A stretch of DNA of 64,000 nucleotides, taken from contig OZ242374.1 of NCBI GenBank assembly GCA_965209055.1, positions 5,440,001 through 5,504,000 on the forward strand, read 5' to 3'. This DNA comes from Acidobacteriota bacterium. GTDB lineage: Bacteria > Acidobacteriota > UBA6911 > RPQK01 > JAJDTT01. Of this stretch, positions 1 to 8,877 are shown piece by piece; position 1 is the first letter of the stretch, and the number at the start of each line of letters is the position of its first letter. The notes under the pieces were generated by a model. It saw only the letters and a program-made list of their open reading frames with translations. It searched no databases and had not been told where the DNA came from. The translations under genes were made by a program, and so were the position numbers.

Positions 1-121
1 CCTCAACCGGTGGAATGGAACTCGCGGCCGACTTCTTCTTGCCGGCACTGACAAGACTGGTGGCCGCCAAAGCGGTCGCTGACGCAGACAGATATTGCCG
101 GCGGGTCAATTGAACACCCAT
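1..121 (-). CDS. 5' end (partial) of a Tat-exported Asp-box/sialidase-fold protein, paralog of 3168..4592
   Basis: Minus strand reads MGVQLTRRQYLSASATALAATSLVSAGKKKSAASSIPPVE, which aligns with MAVQWTRRKVLSTSATALATTTLVRPGKTKSAAASIPPVE of 3168..4592. GGAGGAGG RBS upstream. Runs off the window edge. Confidence 0.8.
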   Translation of the reverse strand, partial: MGVQLTRRQYLSASATALAATSLVSAGKKKSAASSIPPVE

Positions 122-196
122 CACTGAACCTCCTCCTTGTGCCGATTTGAAAACGAAGGTCCCAGCCCGATTCATTCTTCGGGTAAGCCTAAGCTC

Positions 197-212
197 TTTA
201 TAACATATAAAA
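197..212. promoter_or_regulatory. Putative operator TTTATA-ACA-TATAAA (copy 1) in a divergent promoter region
   Basis: The 16-mer TTTATAACATATAAAA is identical to 4667..4682. It is an inverted repeat TTTATA-N3-TATAAA, 76 bp upstream of the minus-strand ATG at 121. Confidence 0.65.
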
Positions 213-312
213 TCGTGCCGGGAGCCATCCCGCCCCGAGTGATCGGTTAGGTTTGGGAACAATATATGACCGATTTCCAGGCAGTCGAGGTGGCAAGCCA
301 GGAGGAGGATCG

Positions 313-2094
313 GTGTCTATCCACGGTCTGACTGAAAAGACTGAAGCAAGAGACGAGCTTCGTTCCCTTAGGCCGGTCGTCATGGGGACCGAACACATGG
401 TCGTAGCCGGGCACTATCTGGCGGCACAGGCCGGCATGCAGATCCTGGAGGAGGGAGGCAATGCGGTTGACGCCGGTGTGGCAGCAGGTCTCGCTCTCGG
501 TGTCGTGCAGAGTGACCTGGTAAGCGTCGCCGGCGTCGCCCCCATTGTTCTGTTCTTGGCTGACCAGCAGGAGGTGGTGACCATCAGCGGTCTGGGCGTT
601 TGGCCCCAGGCAGCCAGCGTGGATCTGTTCCGGAGGGAGCACGGAGGAAGAATCCCGGAGGGACTGTTGCGAACGGTCGTGCCAGCCGCCCCAGACGCTT
701 GGATTACGGCGCTGGAGAGGTTTGGGCGCATGAGTTTTGGCCAGGTGGCCGGGTCAGCCATCCGGTTTGCTTCCCATGGTTTCCCCATGCACTCGTTCAT
801 GAGCGCCCGGATTAGCGAGGCGGAGGAGGACTACCGTCGTTGGGAGAGCAGCGCCCAGGTCTTTCTCCCTGGCGGTCGTCCCCCCACACCCGGAGAGATC
901 TTTTTCCAACACGATTTAGGAGCCGTTCTCCAGTACATGGTTGAGGAGGAGCGGAGCGCATCGCGCCGTGGACGTCTGGCAGGATTGCAATCGGCACGAA
1001 ATGCATTCTACAGAGGGGACATTGCAGTAAGAATTGTCCAATACCACCATGAGAATGGTGGACTCCTCTCCGCTCAGGACCTGTCCAACTTTCGCGTGAG
1101 AATCGAGCCACCCGAGAAAATCACCTTCCAGGACACTGAGATCTATGCTTGTGGACCATGGTCTCAGGGTCCGACTCTGCTCCAGACCCTCAAGCTGCTG
1201 GAGGCCTATGACCTGAAATCCTTGGGGCACAACTCGGCGCCGTATGTGCACATTTTGACCGAGGCCCTCAAATTGGCATTCGCTGACCGCGAACACTTCT
1301 ACGGTGACCCCCTCCATGTCAAAGTGCCTATGGCCGAACTCCTTTCCGAGCGGAACGCCAACCAACGGATAGGGCTCATCCGCTCACACCAGGCGTGGGT
1401 AGAGATGCCTCCGCCCAGCCGGTTGGGCACAGCCGGTGAGTCGCCAGCCGATTCGTCGCGGGGACCGGCGAACTCTTCCGGCGAAGCTGGAAATCCAAAG
1501 CGGCCTGGCTGGGACACGAGCTACGTCTGCGTCGTTGATCGAGATGGAAACGCCTTTTCGGCCACTCCAAGCGATGTGTCCTACGACACACCGATCATTC
1601 CGGGAACCGGCCTGGCGGTCTCTTCGCGTGGCTCGCAGTCGCGTCTGGATCCGAGTCATCCGGCTTGTCTCGCTCCCGGGAAAAGACCGCGCCTGACGCC
1701 CAACCCCGCCCTGGCGTTGCGGAACGGGGGCCTTTTCATGCCGTTCGGTACTCCGGGCGGGGATGTGCAGCCACAGGCCATGCTTCAGGTCCTCCTCAAT
1801 GTTCTCATCTTCGGTATGAACCCCCAGGAGGCGGTCGAAGCGCCCCGTTTTGCTTCCTACAGTTTTCCCAGCTCTTTCGCACCACATTCCTGTTTTCCAG
1901 GGCTGCTGAAAATGGAATCGCGAGTACGTCGGGAGACGGGCGTAGAGCTGGAGGAGCTGGGTCACCGGGTCAGTTGGTGGCCGGACTGGAGCTGGCGGGC
2001 CGGCGGAGTTTGCACGATCATGGCCGATCAGGCCAGGGGCGTTCTGCAGGGTGGAGCCGACCCGAGACGCCCGGGATACGCCGTGGGCTGGTAG
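313..2094 (+). CDS. Gamma-glutamyltransferase-family Ntn hydrolase (atypical subfamily)
   Basis: Motifs AGMQILEEGGNAVDAGVAA, AFYRGDIA, EALKLAFADREHFYGDP, D|TSYVCVVDRDGN (Thr nucleophile), PGKRPR, GTPGG and GGADPRR. GTG at 313 follows GGAGGAGG. Confidence 0.9.
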   Translation: MSIHGLTEKTEARDELRSLRPVVMGTEHMVVAGHYLAAQAGMQILEEGGNAVDAGVAAGLALGVVQSDLVSVAGVAPIVLFLADQQEVVTISGLGVWPQAASVDLFRREHGGRIPEGLLRTVVPAAPDAWITALERFGRMSFGQVAGSAIRFASHGFPMHSFMSARISEAEEDYRRWESSAQVFLPGGRPPTPGEIFFQHDLGAVLQYMVEEERSASRRGRLAGLQSARNAFYRGDIAVRIVQYHHENGGLLSAQDLSNFRVRIEPPEKITFQDTEIYACGPWSQGPTLLQTLKLLEAYDLKSLGHNSAPYVHILTEALKLAFADREHFYGDPLHVKVPMAELLSERNANQRIGLIRSHQAWVEMPPPSRLGTAGESPADSSRGPANSSGEAGNPKRPGWDTSYVCVVDRDGNAFSATPSDVSYDTPIIPGTGLAVSSRGSQSRLDPSHPACLAPGKRPRLTPNPALALRNGGLFMPFGTPGGDVQPQAMLQVLLNVLIFGMNPQEAVEAPRFASYSFPSSFAPHSCFPGLLKMESRVRRETGVELEELGHRVSWWPDWSWRAGGVCTIMADQARGVLQGGADPRRPGYAVGW

Positions 2095-2111
2095 TGATTA
2101 TAGGTATGACA

Positions 2112-3128
2112 TCAGCGCGGTCCTTCATCCAGCCGGCTCAAGTCAATCGGATTGGACCAGGCATAGCCGTCCTCCCCGTCCCATAACTCGACGCGCACAT
2201 AGTGGCCTACTGTCTTTTCCTTCTTCAAATAGCCGCGCTGGATGAATCTCCGGTTCATGGCCGAAACGCCGTCAGGACTGGCCAGCCCAAACAATGGCGC
2301 CCGGGCCTGCGTCAGTTTCTCGCCCGGTGCTGCCACTCGGCGCACGCCGAGGTAGGGAACAGACGCGAACCAAATCCACCGTACGGGTGAAGTCACCACA
2401 CGGATCTCCTCGTCCACAATGGCAATCTCCTTGATCCGCGGACCCGTTGTCGAATAGAACTGCCCACGGCGCATGGCGGCAAGAATTGCCGGTGCAGTGC
2501 GCGACTCGGCCCGGACCATCACCCAAGCTTCGTACTGGTCGCGAAATGGCTGCTTACCGAGCGGCGCGAAAGTCAACTCCGGCTTCCGGCCACTGTGCCG
2601 ATCATCACTGGCCACACCCCAGAGCATGTGACCGTTGGCAAGCAGTTCGTCCCATTGCGCGGTCGAGCGACCGCGGCGCCCGGTCCAATAGTTGGGTGCG
2701 TTGAAGATCTCGATTCCGACCAGTCCGTTGAGTTGTGAAATGGCGCTTGCATTGGCGCCGCTGAGGGACGGATGCGAGAGAAACGGAAGTCCGCCCTGCG
2801 CCAAAACATCATCAATAATCCGCTGTGGGGCGACCTTGTGATTCATGACCCGCTCTATGCCAAGGGCCAGTACCTCCGCCGGAAAGGTATTCTCCCAGTC
2901 CACGCGAATCTCGGCGCCGGGCATGACCAGAATCCCGGGTGAGCGGCTCTCGCTCACATCCGTTACCACGTTGTGGTCAGTGACGAACAGAAAATCGTAC
3001 CCATTGCGGTCATAGCAGGCAGCCAATTCGGCAACGCTGAACTGACCATCGGAATTCGTTGTGTGGCTGTGAACATTACCCCTGTACCACTGGCCCGAGC
3101 CAGCGAATGGGTTACCTGGAACCATCAC
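2112..3128 (-). CDS. PHP-domain (CehA/McbA-like) metallohydrolase
   Basis: Motifs WYRGNVHSHTTNSDG, FLFVTDHN, SHP, GIEIFN, ASDDRH, AMRRGQFYSTTGP and AWSNPI. Confidence 0.85.
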   Translation of the reverse strand: MMVPGNPFAGSGQWYRGNVHSHTTNSDGQFSVAELAACYDRNGYDFLFVTDHNVVTDVSESRSPGILVMPGAEIRVDWENTFPAEVLALGIERVMNHKVAPQRIIDDVLAQGGLPFLSHPSLSGANASAISQLNGLVGIEIFNAPNYWTGRRGRSTAQWDELLANGHMLWGVASDDRHSGRKPELTFAPLGKQPFRDQYEAWVMVRAESRTAPAILAAMRRGQFYSTTGPRIKEIAIVDEEIRVVTSPVRWIWFASVPYLGVRRVAAPGEKLTQARAPLFGLASPDGVSAMNRRFIQRGYLKKEKTVGHYVRVELWDGEDGYAWSNPIDLSRLDEGPR

Positions 3129-3167
3129 TTACGTTCCTTGATCAATTGGCGTCGTTTCCGTCCACGG

Positions 3168-4592
3168 TCAAGCCCGACCTCCTATCGGCAAGAGTTCAAC
3201 GCCTTCTCCCTCTTCCGGCGTCTTGATGCGAAACCGGACAGAAGTCACTTCGGCTCCATGGGGACCGAATCTGTTCTTGAAGCCTTCGCGCTGACCCACC
3301 ATGAAGATAGAGCCGTCTTCCAGAACGCAGGCGCTGGGGTAGTAGGACTTGGGATCACACGTGTAGCCGCGTCCCGGCGCCGGTTTGACCCAGGTCTTCC
3401 CGCTGTCCCGGCTGTAGATCACCTCCCCGTTGTTCGCCACCAGATGGGTACCGCCGCCGAGTTTGTGGCGGCCTCCAAATACGACCACGGAGACTCCGTC
3501 CGGCGTCACCACCACGGCCCCTTTTCTGTACAGCTTGGGCCCGTGATACTCGCTTCCAAAGTTGGGGTCTTCGATGATCGAGTCGGTCAGGAGCAGACGT
3601 GGCGGGGACCAGGTCCGCCCGTCGTCGTACGACTGATACCAGGCCGAGGTCGGTCTGCAAGGGAAGCCCAGGCTGCCGTCCGGCAAGTAGGCGGCCGTGC
3701 CCTCGTTCGCATCGAAGTCATTACTGCCAATCACCGACACGGTCGACCATGTGCGGCCCTCGTCCTCAGAGCGCATGAGGAGCATGAGCCAACGAGGGTA
3801 TTCGCTAGGCCAACCCTTGCCCCCGGGAATGGGTGAACCGGCGGCCAATACCATCAGGGCTCCGTCTTTGGCCTCGAACATACTGTGGGGAGCGTCCATG
3901 AAGAACGGTCCCACGAAGCGGGTCACTTCCCTCCACGTGTCGCCGTTATCATCGCTTCGAAAAATAAGCGTTTCCGACTGCCTGTTGGCCGCAATCCGGG
4001 CATATTCAACGGGTGTCGCGGGCATCCGTCTCCAGTATCCCCAATGGGCTTCCATCCGGGCGCCTGCAAACATCGTTCCGCTCCTCAACTGCACCACGTG
4101 ATTCATCACATACGCGCCACGCACCACGGGAAAGGAACGGGGCCGGCTCCAGGTTTTCCCCTCGTCCCGGCTGCGGATCCACATCATTCTTCCGCCGTCG
4201 GGCGCATCCCAGTCCAGTAGCCAGGACTGGTCCGGCCGTTTCCAGCGCTCCATCGCCTCAGGAGGAATGTCCCAGGGGGTGGGCCAGGAAGCGTGCCAAT
4301 AACCGGCTGAGAAGGTCACGAACAGGTCGCCGTTCTGCAGCCGGCACACCGTCGGCCACCCACAGTAGCCGCCAAACCCGCGGAAGGGCTCCGGCGGATT
4401 GACGTCGGGGGAGACGAGGATCTTTCTATACTTCTCGAAATCCACTCGAGGCCCATCACCCGTAATCAGAGCCTCGACCGGTGGAATGGAAGCCGCGGCT
4501 GACTTCGTTTTACCTGGTCTGACGAGCGTCGTGGTTGCCAAAGCGGTTGCTGAAGTGGACAGAACTTTCCGGCGGGTCCATTGGACAGCCAT
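3168..4592 (-). CDS. Tat-exported Asp-box (BNR) repeat sialidase-fold protein
   Basis: TRRKVL Tat-like signal and five Asp-boxes (SRDEGKTW, SDDNGDTW, SEDEGRTW, SYDDGRTW, SRDSGKTW). GAGGAGG RBS. Confidence 0.85.
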   Translation of the reverse strand: MAVQWTRRKVLSTSATALATTTLVRPGKTKSAAASIPPVEALITGDGPRVDFEKYRKILVSPDVNPPEPFRGFGGYCGWPTVCRLQNGDLFVTFSAGYWHASWPTPWDIPPEAMERWKRPDQSWLLDWDAPDGGRMMWIRSRDEGKTWSRPRSFPVVRGAYVMNHVVQLRSGTMFAGARMEAHWGYWRRMPATPVEYARIAANRQSETLIFRSDDNGDTWREVTRFVGPFFMDAPHSMFEAKDGALMVLAAGSPIPGGKGWPSEYPRWLMLLMRSEDEGRTWSTVSVIGSNDFDANEGTAAYLPDGSLGFPCRPTSAWYQSYDDGRTWSPPRLLLTDSIIEDPNFGSEYHGPKLYRKGAVVVTPDGVSVVVFGGRHKLGGGTHLVANNGEVIYSRDSGKTWVKPAPGRGYTCDPKSYYPSACVLEDGSIFMVGQREGFKNRFGPHGAEVTSVRFRIKTPEEGEGVELLPIGGRA

Positions 4593-4666
4593 CTCCTTGC
4601 CTCCTCGCTACGCCGAATTGCAATATGAAGACCTCGGCACCAGAACTTCTCAGAATCGATTATAAT

Positions 4667-4682
4667 TTTATAACATATAAAA
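4667..4682. promoter_or_regulatory. Putative operator TTTATA-ACA-TATAAA (copy 2), adjacent to TATAAT -10 hexamers
   Basis: Identical to 197..212. TATAAT occurs on both strands at 4659..4666. The site is 75 bp upstream of the ATG at 4592. Confidence 0.65.
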
Positions 4683-4736
4683 CATCGAATCTTCCGGGCC
4701 ACTTTGGCAGGATGAATCCGGGTTCCTCCCGAACCG

Positions 4737-4880
4737 CTGAATCAACGGCCTCTTCTTTGCTGCCTGGCCGACGGGAAGTTCGGGAATGCCGGTGGAACCG
4801 GCGGAAGAAATTTCGGTCAAGTCTTGACCAGCAGAGAGACCGCATTGGGTAATTTTGACAACGATGGCGATCAGGACATC
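4737..4880 (+). pseudogene. Decayed fragment of a CRTAC1/FG-GAP gene
   Basis: Translates as LNQRPLLCCLADGKFGNAGGTGGRNFGQVLTSRETALGNFDNDGDQDI, aligning with YEQPKLLFENSQGRFAEV...SRGTCFGDYDNDGDLDV of the intact gene at 13921..15636. No intact gene surrounds it. Confidence 0.6.
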
Positions 4881-4896
4881 GAGGAGGAGTTAGGCG

Positions 4897-6393
4897 CTGA
4901 CCACGACCGGGAGACAACCTGAAATCCTGCTTCTATGGCTGGCATTACTGGGAATTGAGTTCTTTTCAGCCAGCCTTGCCCATCAGGCATCGGTGTCATC
5001 CCTTCACCAGGAAGCCTACGAGGCCCAGCGGAAGGGAGATTTCCAGACCGCACTTCAGAAATACCAACAGCTCGTTCAGCTGCGACCGGAGTTGGCAGAA
5101 TTGCAGGCCAATCTGGGCCTGATCTATTTTCACCTGGGACAACGGAAAGAAGCGGAAACCGCCTTCCGGAAGGCCATTTCGCTCAAGCCCGAACTGCCGG
5201 GCGTGGATCTCTACTTGGGAACCATTGCTTTTGAGCAAAGGCGTTATCGGGAGGCCACGACTCACCTGAAGAAGGCGGAGAAAGCCGAGCCTACTCACCC
5301 ACAGGTTCTTCTGTTGCTGGGTTACCTGTATTTTGCTGAATCGAAGCATGGCATTGCCGCGCGTTACTTCGAAAGACTCTCCGAGGCTGAGAACCGACCC
5401 GATCTCCACTACTATCTGAGCCGGTGTTATTCTCGCTTGGCGGCCAACTTTCACTCGCGGTTGCAAGCGGAATTCCCCAGTTCCTTTTACGCACACCTGG
5501 CCCGGGCTCATTTCCACCTGACACAAGCGGACTGGGAGAAAGGTCGGGAGGAGTATGAAGCGGCGCTGAAGCAACGCCCCGACAACCGGCAACTTAGGGT
5601 CAGATTGCAGTGGCTCACCGACCGGACGGGTGCCGCCCCAACCTGGTTTTCCAACGATCCTGATTTTGAGCTCATCGATGGCGTTACCCGCTATCTGCAG
5701 TCCCTTCCCGAGCCAAGTAAAATCGACCAGGAACTGCGTTTTTACCAGGAGAGGATACGAACATTGGGCGAGGATGCGCCCCATTCGGATGAGCAGGTCT
5801 ATCTACTGGCGGAAGCCTACCAGATCCTGGCGCTTCTGACCTCTCACAAGCTGGAATCCGGACCGCATTCTTTTCAGGCCCATTTGCTTCGGGCGCAGCT
5901 GAACCAGGAGCTGGGCGAGGCAGAAGAGGCCATTCGAGAATACCGCAAGGCCCTCAAGCTGAAGCCTAACCTGGGAACCATCCACCTTTCGATGGGGAAT
6001 CTCTACTGGGAGCTTCGACGCTACGACGAAGCGCTGGCAGCGTTGCGAGAAGGCATCGACAAGGACTCGGCTACACCACTCTCCCTCTATCAGATCGGGG
6101 ATATCCTGTTGCTCAGAGGCCAGTTGGAGCAGGCGGAGGAGTATCTGTCCCGAGCGCTGGTTCTGGATCCGGAGATGATAGAGGCCCTATTGGCCATGGC
6201 ACGCGTCTATAGCTTGAAACGTGACTACAAGGAGTCCCTGAAGTATCTGAAGGCAGCCGCGGAGCGGCGCCCGAATGACCCTCAGTTGCACTATCGGTTG
6301 TCGGAAACCTATCGAAATCTGGGCCGCCCTGAGGACGCCCAGAGGGAATTGAACATTTTCCGAGAGCTGTACGCCGCACAGGAAAAGCCATGA
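4897..6393 (+). CDS. Secreted tetratricopeptide-repeat protein (probable CTG start)
   Basis: Multiple TPR units (e.g. NLGLIYFHLGQRKEAETAFRKAISLKP). The frame is open upstream of the GTG at 4993 through a signal peptide (EILLLWLALLGIEFFSASLA) to CTG 4897, which lies 7 nt after GAGGAGGAG. In-frame TAG at 4891. Confidence 0.85.
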   Translation: MTTTGRQPEILLLWLALLGIEFFSASLAHQASVSSLHQEAYEAQRKGDFQTALQKYQQLVQLRPELAELQANLGLIYFHLGQRKEAETAFRKAISLKPELPGVDLYLGTIAFEQRRYREATTHLKKAEKAEPTHPQVLLLLGYLYFAESKHGIAARYFERLSEAENRPDLHYYLSRCYSRLAANFHSRLQAEFPSSFYAHLARAHFHLTQADWEKGREEYEAALKQRPDNRQLRVRLQWLTDRTGAAPTWFSNDPDFELIDGVTRYLQSLPEPSKIDQELRFYQERIRTLGEDAPHSDEQVYLLAEAYQILALLTSHKLESGPHSFQAHLLRAQLNQELGEAEEAIREYRKALKLKPNLGTIHLSMGNLYWELRRYDEALAALREGIDKDSATPLSLYQIGDILLLRGQLEQAEEYLSRALVLDPEMIEALLAMARVYSLKRDYKESLKYLKAAAERRPNDPQLHYRLSETYRNLGRPEDAQRELNIFRELYAAQEKP

Positions 6394-6537
6394 TTTCCCT
6401 CCCCCGGAAAAGTCGGCTGTGAAATCGTCGACAGAGAGTTGATGCCCAGGCAACAAAAGAGCCGATAGGCTTCGATTCCGTTGAAATCGGGCTGGCCATA
6501 ACTTGGGCCAAAACCGATCGCTCAATTGTAGACTTCC

Positions 6538-7527
6538 ATGATGAGATCCTCTCTCACCTTGCTCGTCAACGCACCCCTGGAGGAAGACCAGAGGAAGCGC
6601 ATTCGAGACTTGGGAGTGCGCTTGTTGGATGGGCTTTCGGAGGAGAGTCTGAGGGTAGCTGAGGTCATTTATACGACGCGCATCCCCTTTGAGCCTCGCC
6701 AAGTGCCTCGGCTCCGTTGGATTCAACTCAATACGGTGGCCGTCGACCACATCTTGACCGGCGCTATGGCAACAACGGGTATTCGGATAGCCAACGTTCG
6801 GGGTGCCTACAGCGTAGCCGTGGCAGAGTTGGCGGTGGGAGCGATCGTGGCGCTGAGTCGCCGTTTCCAGAGTGCTCATTCTCTACAGCTTCAGAATCGC
6901 TGGCCCGATGACTTCACCCCGCTCAAAGGCGAGAATTGTTACGGCAAGACATTGTCTATTCTCGGATACGGCAGCATCGGGCGTCATCTGGCTCGAATCG
7001 TCACGGGCATGGGGATGCGGGTGCTCGCCTGCAAGCGTTGCCCTGAGCGGAAAAAGGACGAAGGATTCTATCTGCCCAATACAGGGGATCCCGAAGGGCT
7101 CTTTCCAGAGGAATGGTATGGTCTCAGCAATATTGGGGAGATGTTGTCTATCAGCGATATCCTCGTAATCTGCCTTCCGTTGACCCCGGAAACCAAGGGT
7201 GTCATCGGACCGTCGGAACTGGCCAAGCTACCCCGCAACGCCTATCTGATTAACGTCGGTCGGGGTGAGGTGGTCGCGGAAGAACCCTTTTTGGACGTGT
7301 TGAGAACGCGCCGAATAGCCGGAGCGGCACTTGACGTCTTTCCTAAAGAGCCCCTGCCTGCCGGTAGCCCCTTCTGGGGGCTGCCCAATACGATTATCCT
7401 ACCCCATATCGGCTCGTTCACTCGCGAGCAGGGTCACTTGGCTGGCGAAGTCCTGATCGAGAATTTGACCAGGGATCTTTCCGAATCGCCGCTGCTAAAC
7501 CTGATTGATCCCCAACGGGGATACTAG
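6538..7527 (+). CDS. D-isomer-specific 2-hydroxyacid dehydrogenase
   Basis: GYGSIG Rossmann motif, plus LPLTPETKG, INVGRG, ALDVFPKEPL and PHIG. Confidence 0.92.
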   Translation: MMRSSLTLLVNAPLEEDQRKRIRDLGVRLLDGLSEESLRVAEVIYTTRIPFEPRQVPRLRWIQLNTVAVDHILTGAMATTGIRIANVRGAYSVAVAELAVGAIVALSRRFQSAHSLQLQNRWPDDFTPLKGENCYGKTLSILGYGSIGRHLARIVTGMGMRVLACKRCPERKKDEGFYLPNTGDPEGLFPEEWYGLSNIGEMLSISDILVICLPLTPETKGVIGPSELAKLPRNAYLINVGRGEVVAEEPFLDVLRTRRIAGAALDVFPKEPLPAGSPFWGLPNTIILPHIGSFTREQGHLAGEVLIENLTRDLSESPLLNLIDPQRGY

Positions 7528-7820
7528 CAGTCCGTGGTGAAAGTCCTTCGAGCACCGAGACCGTTCCTGCGCCCGCCGGACAAGGCGCTATGGGCGCGCA
7601 TACCGGGAGTATGTGCCTGAATCGCAACGCCGTCCGCGCCTGTGCAGGGACGGTCGAATGCCGTGATGACTTTTGCCACGGGCTGCTAGGATCGGAGTCT
7701 CTGACGTGGGGCAATCCGGTGGCGGATCCAAACTCCTGATTCAATCCTTTTGCGGTTTCTCGTATCGAGTTCTCCGTCGCTAGCGCACACGGCTGTGTTT
7801 CACGATCTCCGGCAACGGGC

Positions 7821-8471
7821 TCAGGAATCCGATAGATCCATATTACTCAGGCTTCTCTCCAAGGACTTTTGGACGTTAAACCGAATCGCCTCTGGAAGGC
7901 CTCTCTTGTTCTCCCGGTTGCAGGCCTCCAGAATGTCCCTGTGTTCCCCGAGTTCTTCTTTAACTCGTTGGGCGTCGTGAGTCTGTATCGTGCGATAGCG
8001 AGTGCTACGGTCCCACAGTTCATTAAGCAGTTCCAATAGTAGCGGTCGCCGACAGGCTTGGTAGACCGTAAAGTGAAACTTACGGTTGAGGTTGAAGAGC
8101 GAGCGAAAATCATTCCGTTCGGTTGCAGACTTCATCCGGGCAAACAGGGTCTCCATCGTCTTGACATCTCTTTGAGTCAGTCGTTTCGATGCCAATTGTG
8201 CGGCCAGCTCCTCCAACTCGATTCGAATTAGATATACATCCTCGATTTCCCGAAGAGACAATTCGTTCACATAGGCGCCACGATGCGGAATGATACTGAT
8301 GAATCCCTCCGACTGCAATTGCTTAAACGCTTCACGCAAAGGGATGATACTGATTCCCAATTCCTCGGTGAGCTGCTTCTGGTTAATACGCTCACCCGGC
8401 CTGAACTTTCCGGAAAGTATTGCCTGACGAATCTCGTTGAAAGCAATCTCGCTGACCGTCGTGTAACCCAT
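7821..8471 (-). CDS. GntR-family (FadR/FCD) transcriptional regulator
   Basis: wHTH segment IRQAILSGKFRPGERINQKQLTEELGISIIPLREAFKQLQSEG and FCD segment NRKFHFTVY...EHRDILEA. Confidence 0.93.
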   Translation of the reverse strand: MGYTTVSEIAFNEIRQAILSGKFRPGERINQKQLTEELGISIIPLREAFKQLQSEGFISIIPHRGAYVNELSLREIEDVYLIRIELEELAAQLASKRLTQRDVKTMETLFARMKSATERNDFRSLFNLNRKFHFTVYQACRRPLLLELLNELWDRSTRYRTIQTHDAQRVKEELGEHRDILEACNRENKRGLPEAIRFNVQKSLERSLSNMDLSDS

Positions 8472-8839
8472 CTATTCACCTTTTTAAATAAAAGCCACAA
8501 AATATCTGCACAACACCAAGTTCTTCCTTCAGCCAAGACATGATACCAGCCCATTCACCACCGTGTCGTCCGCGCCCACTGCGAGGTACGTCTCCTCCAG
8601 TGCCCCCTCTCAGCCGCAGTTCCTGCGCCCGACTCTCTTCCAAGTCCCGATACTTGTCCCGGAACAGCCGTAATACCGTCATCTCCCGCTCCACGGCTCA
8701 CGAAGGACCTGGCTGCATCCCCGCTTCCTCTCTGTCGGGGGAACTACTGATCCTGCCCGGCCCCTTCCGGGATCGGACAGATCACGTGCCCAAAGACCGG
8801 ACACTTCACGCACCAACGACACACCGGCAGGCGACCACT

Positions 8840-8868
8840 TTGACATACTCGCCGGGTCTTTCTAGACT
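8840..8868 (+). promoter_or_regulatory. Sigma70-type promoter TTGACA-17-TAGACT directly before the C45 gene (leaderless-like)
   Basis: TTGACA at 8840..8845, 17-nt spacer, TAGACT at 8863..8868, ATG 9 nt later, and no SD sequence. Confidence 0.7.
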
Positions 8869-8877
8869 CTCTCCTCA

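Noticed and set aside
8476-8694. 72-aa ORF (EREMTVLRLFRDKYRDLEES...) upstream of gntR, possibly a gene remnant
   Set aside because: It looks protein-like but no family is recognisable. blastx would be needed.
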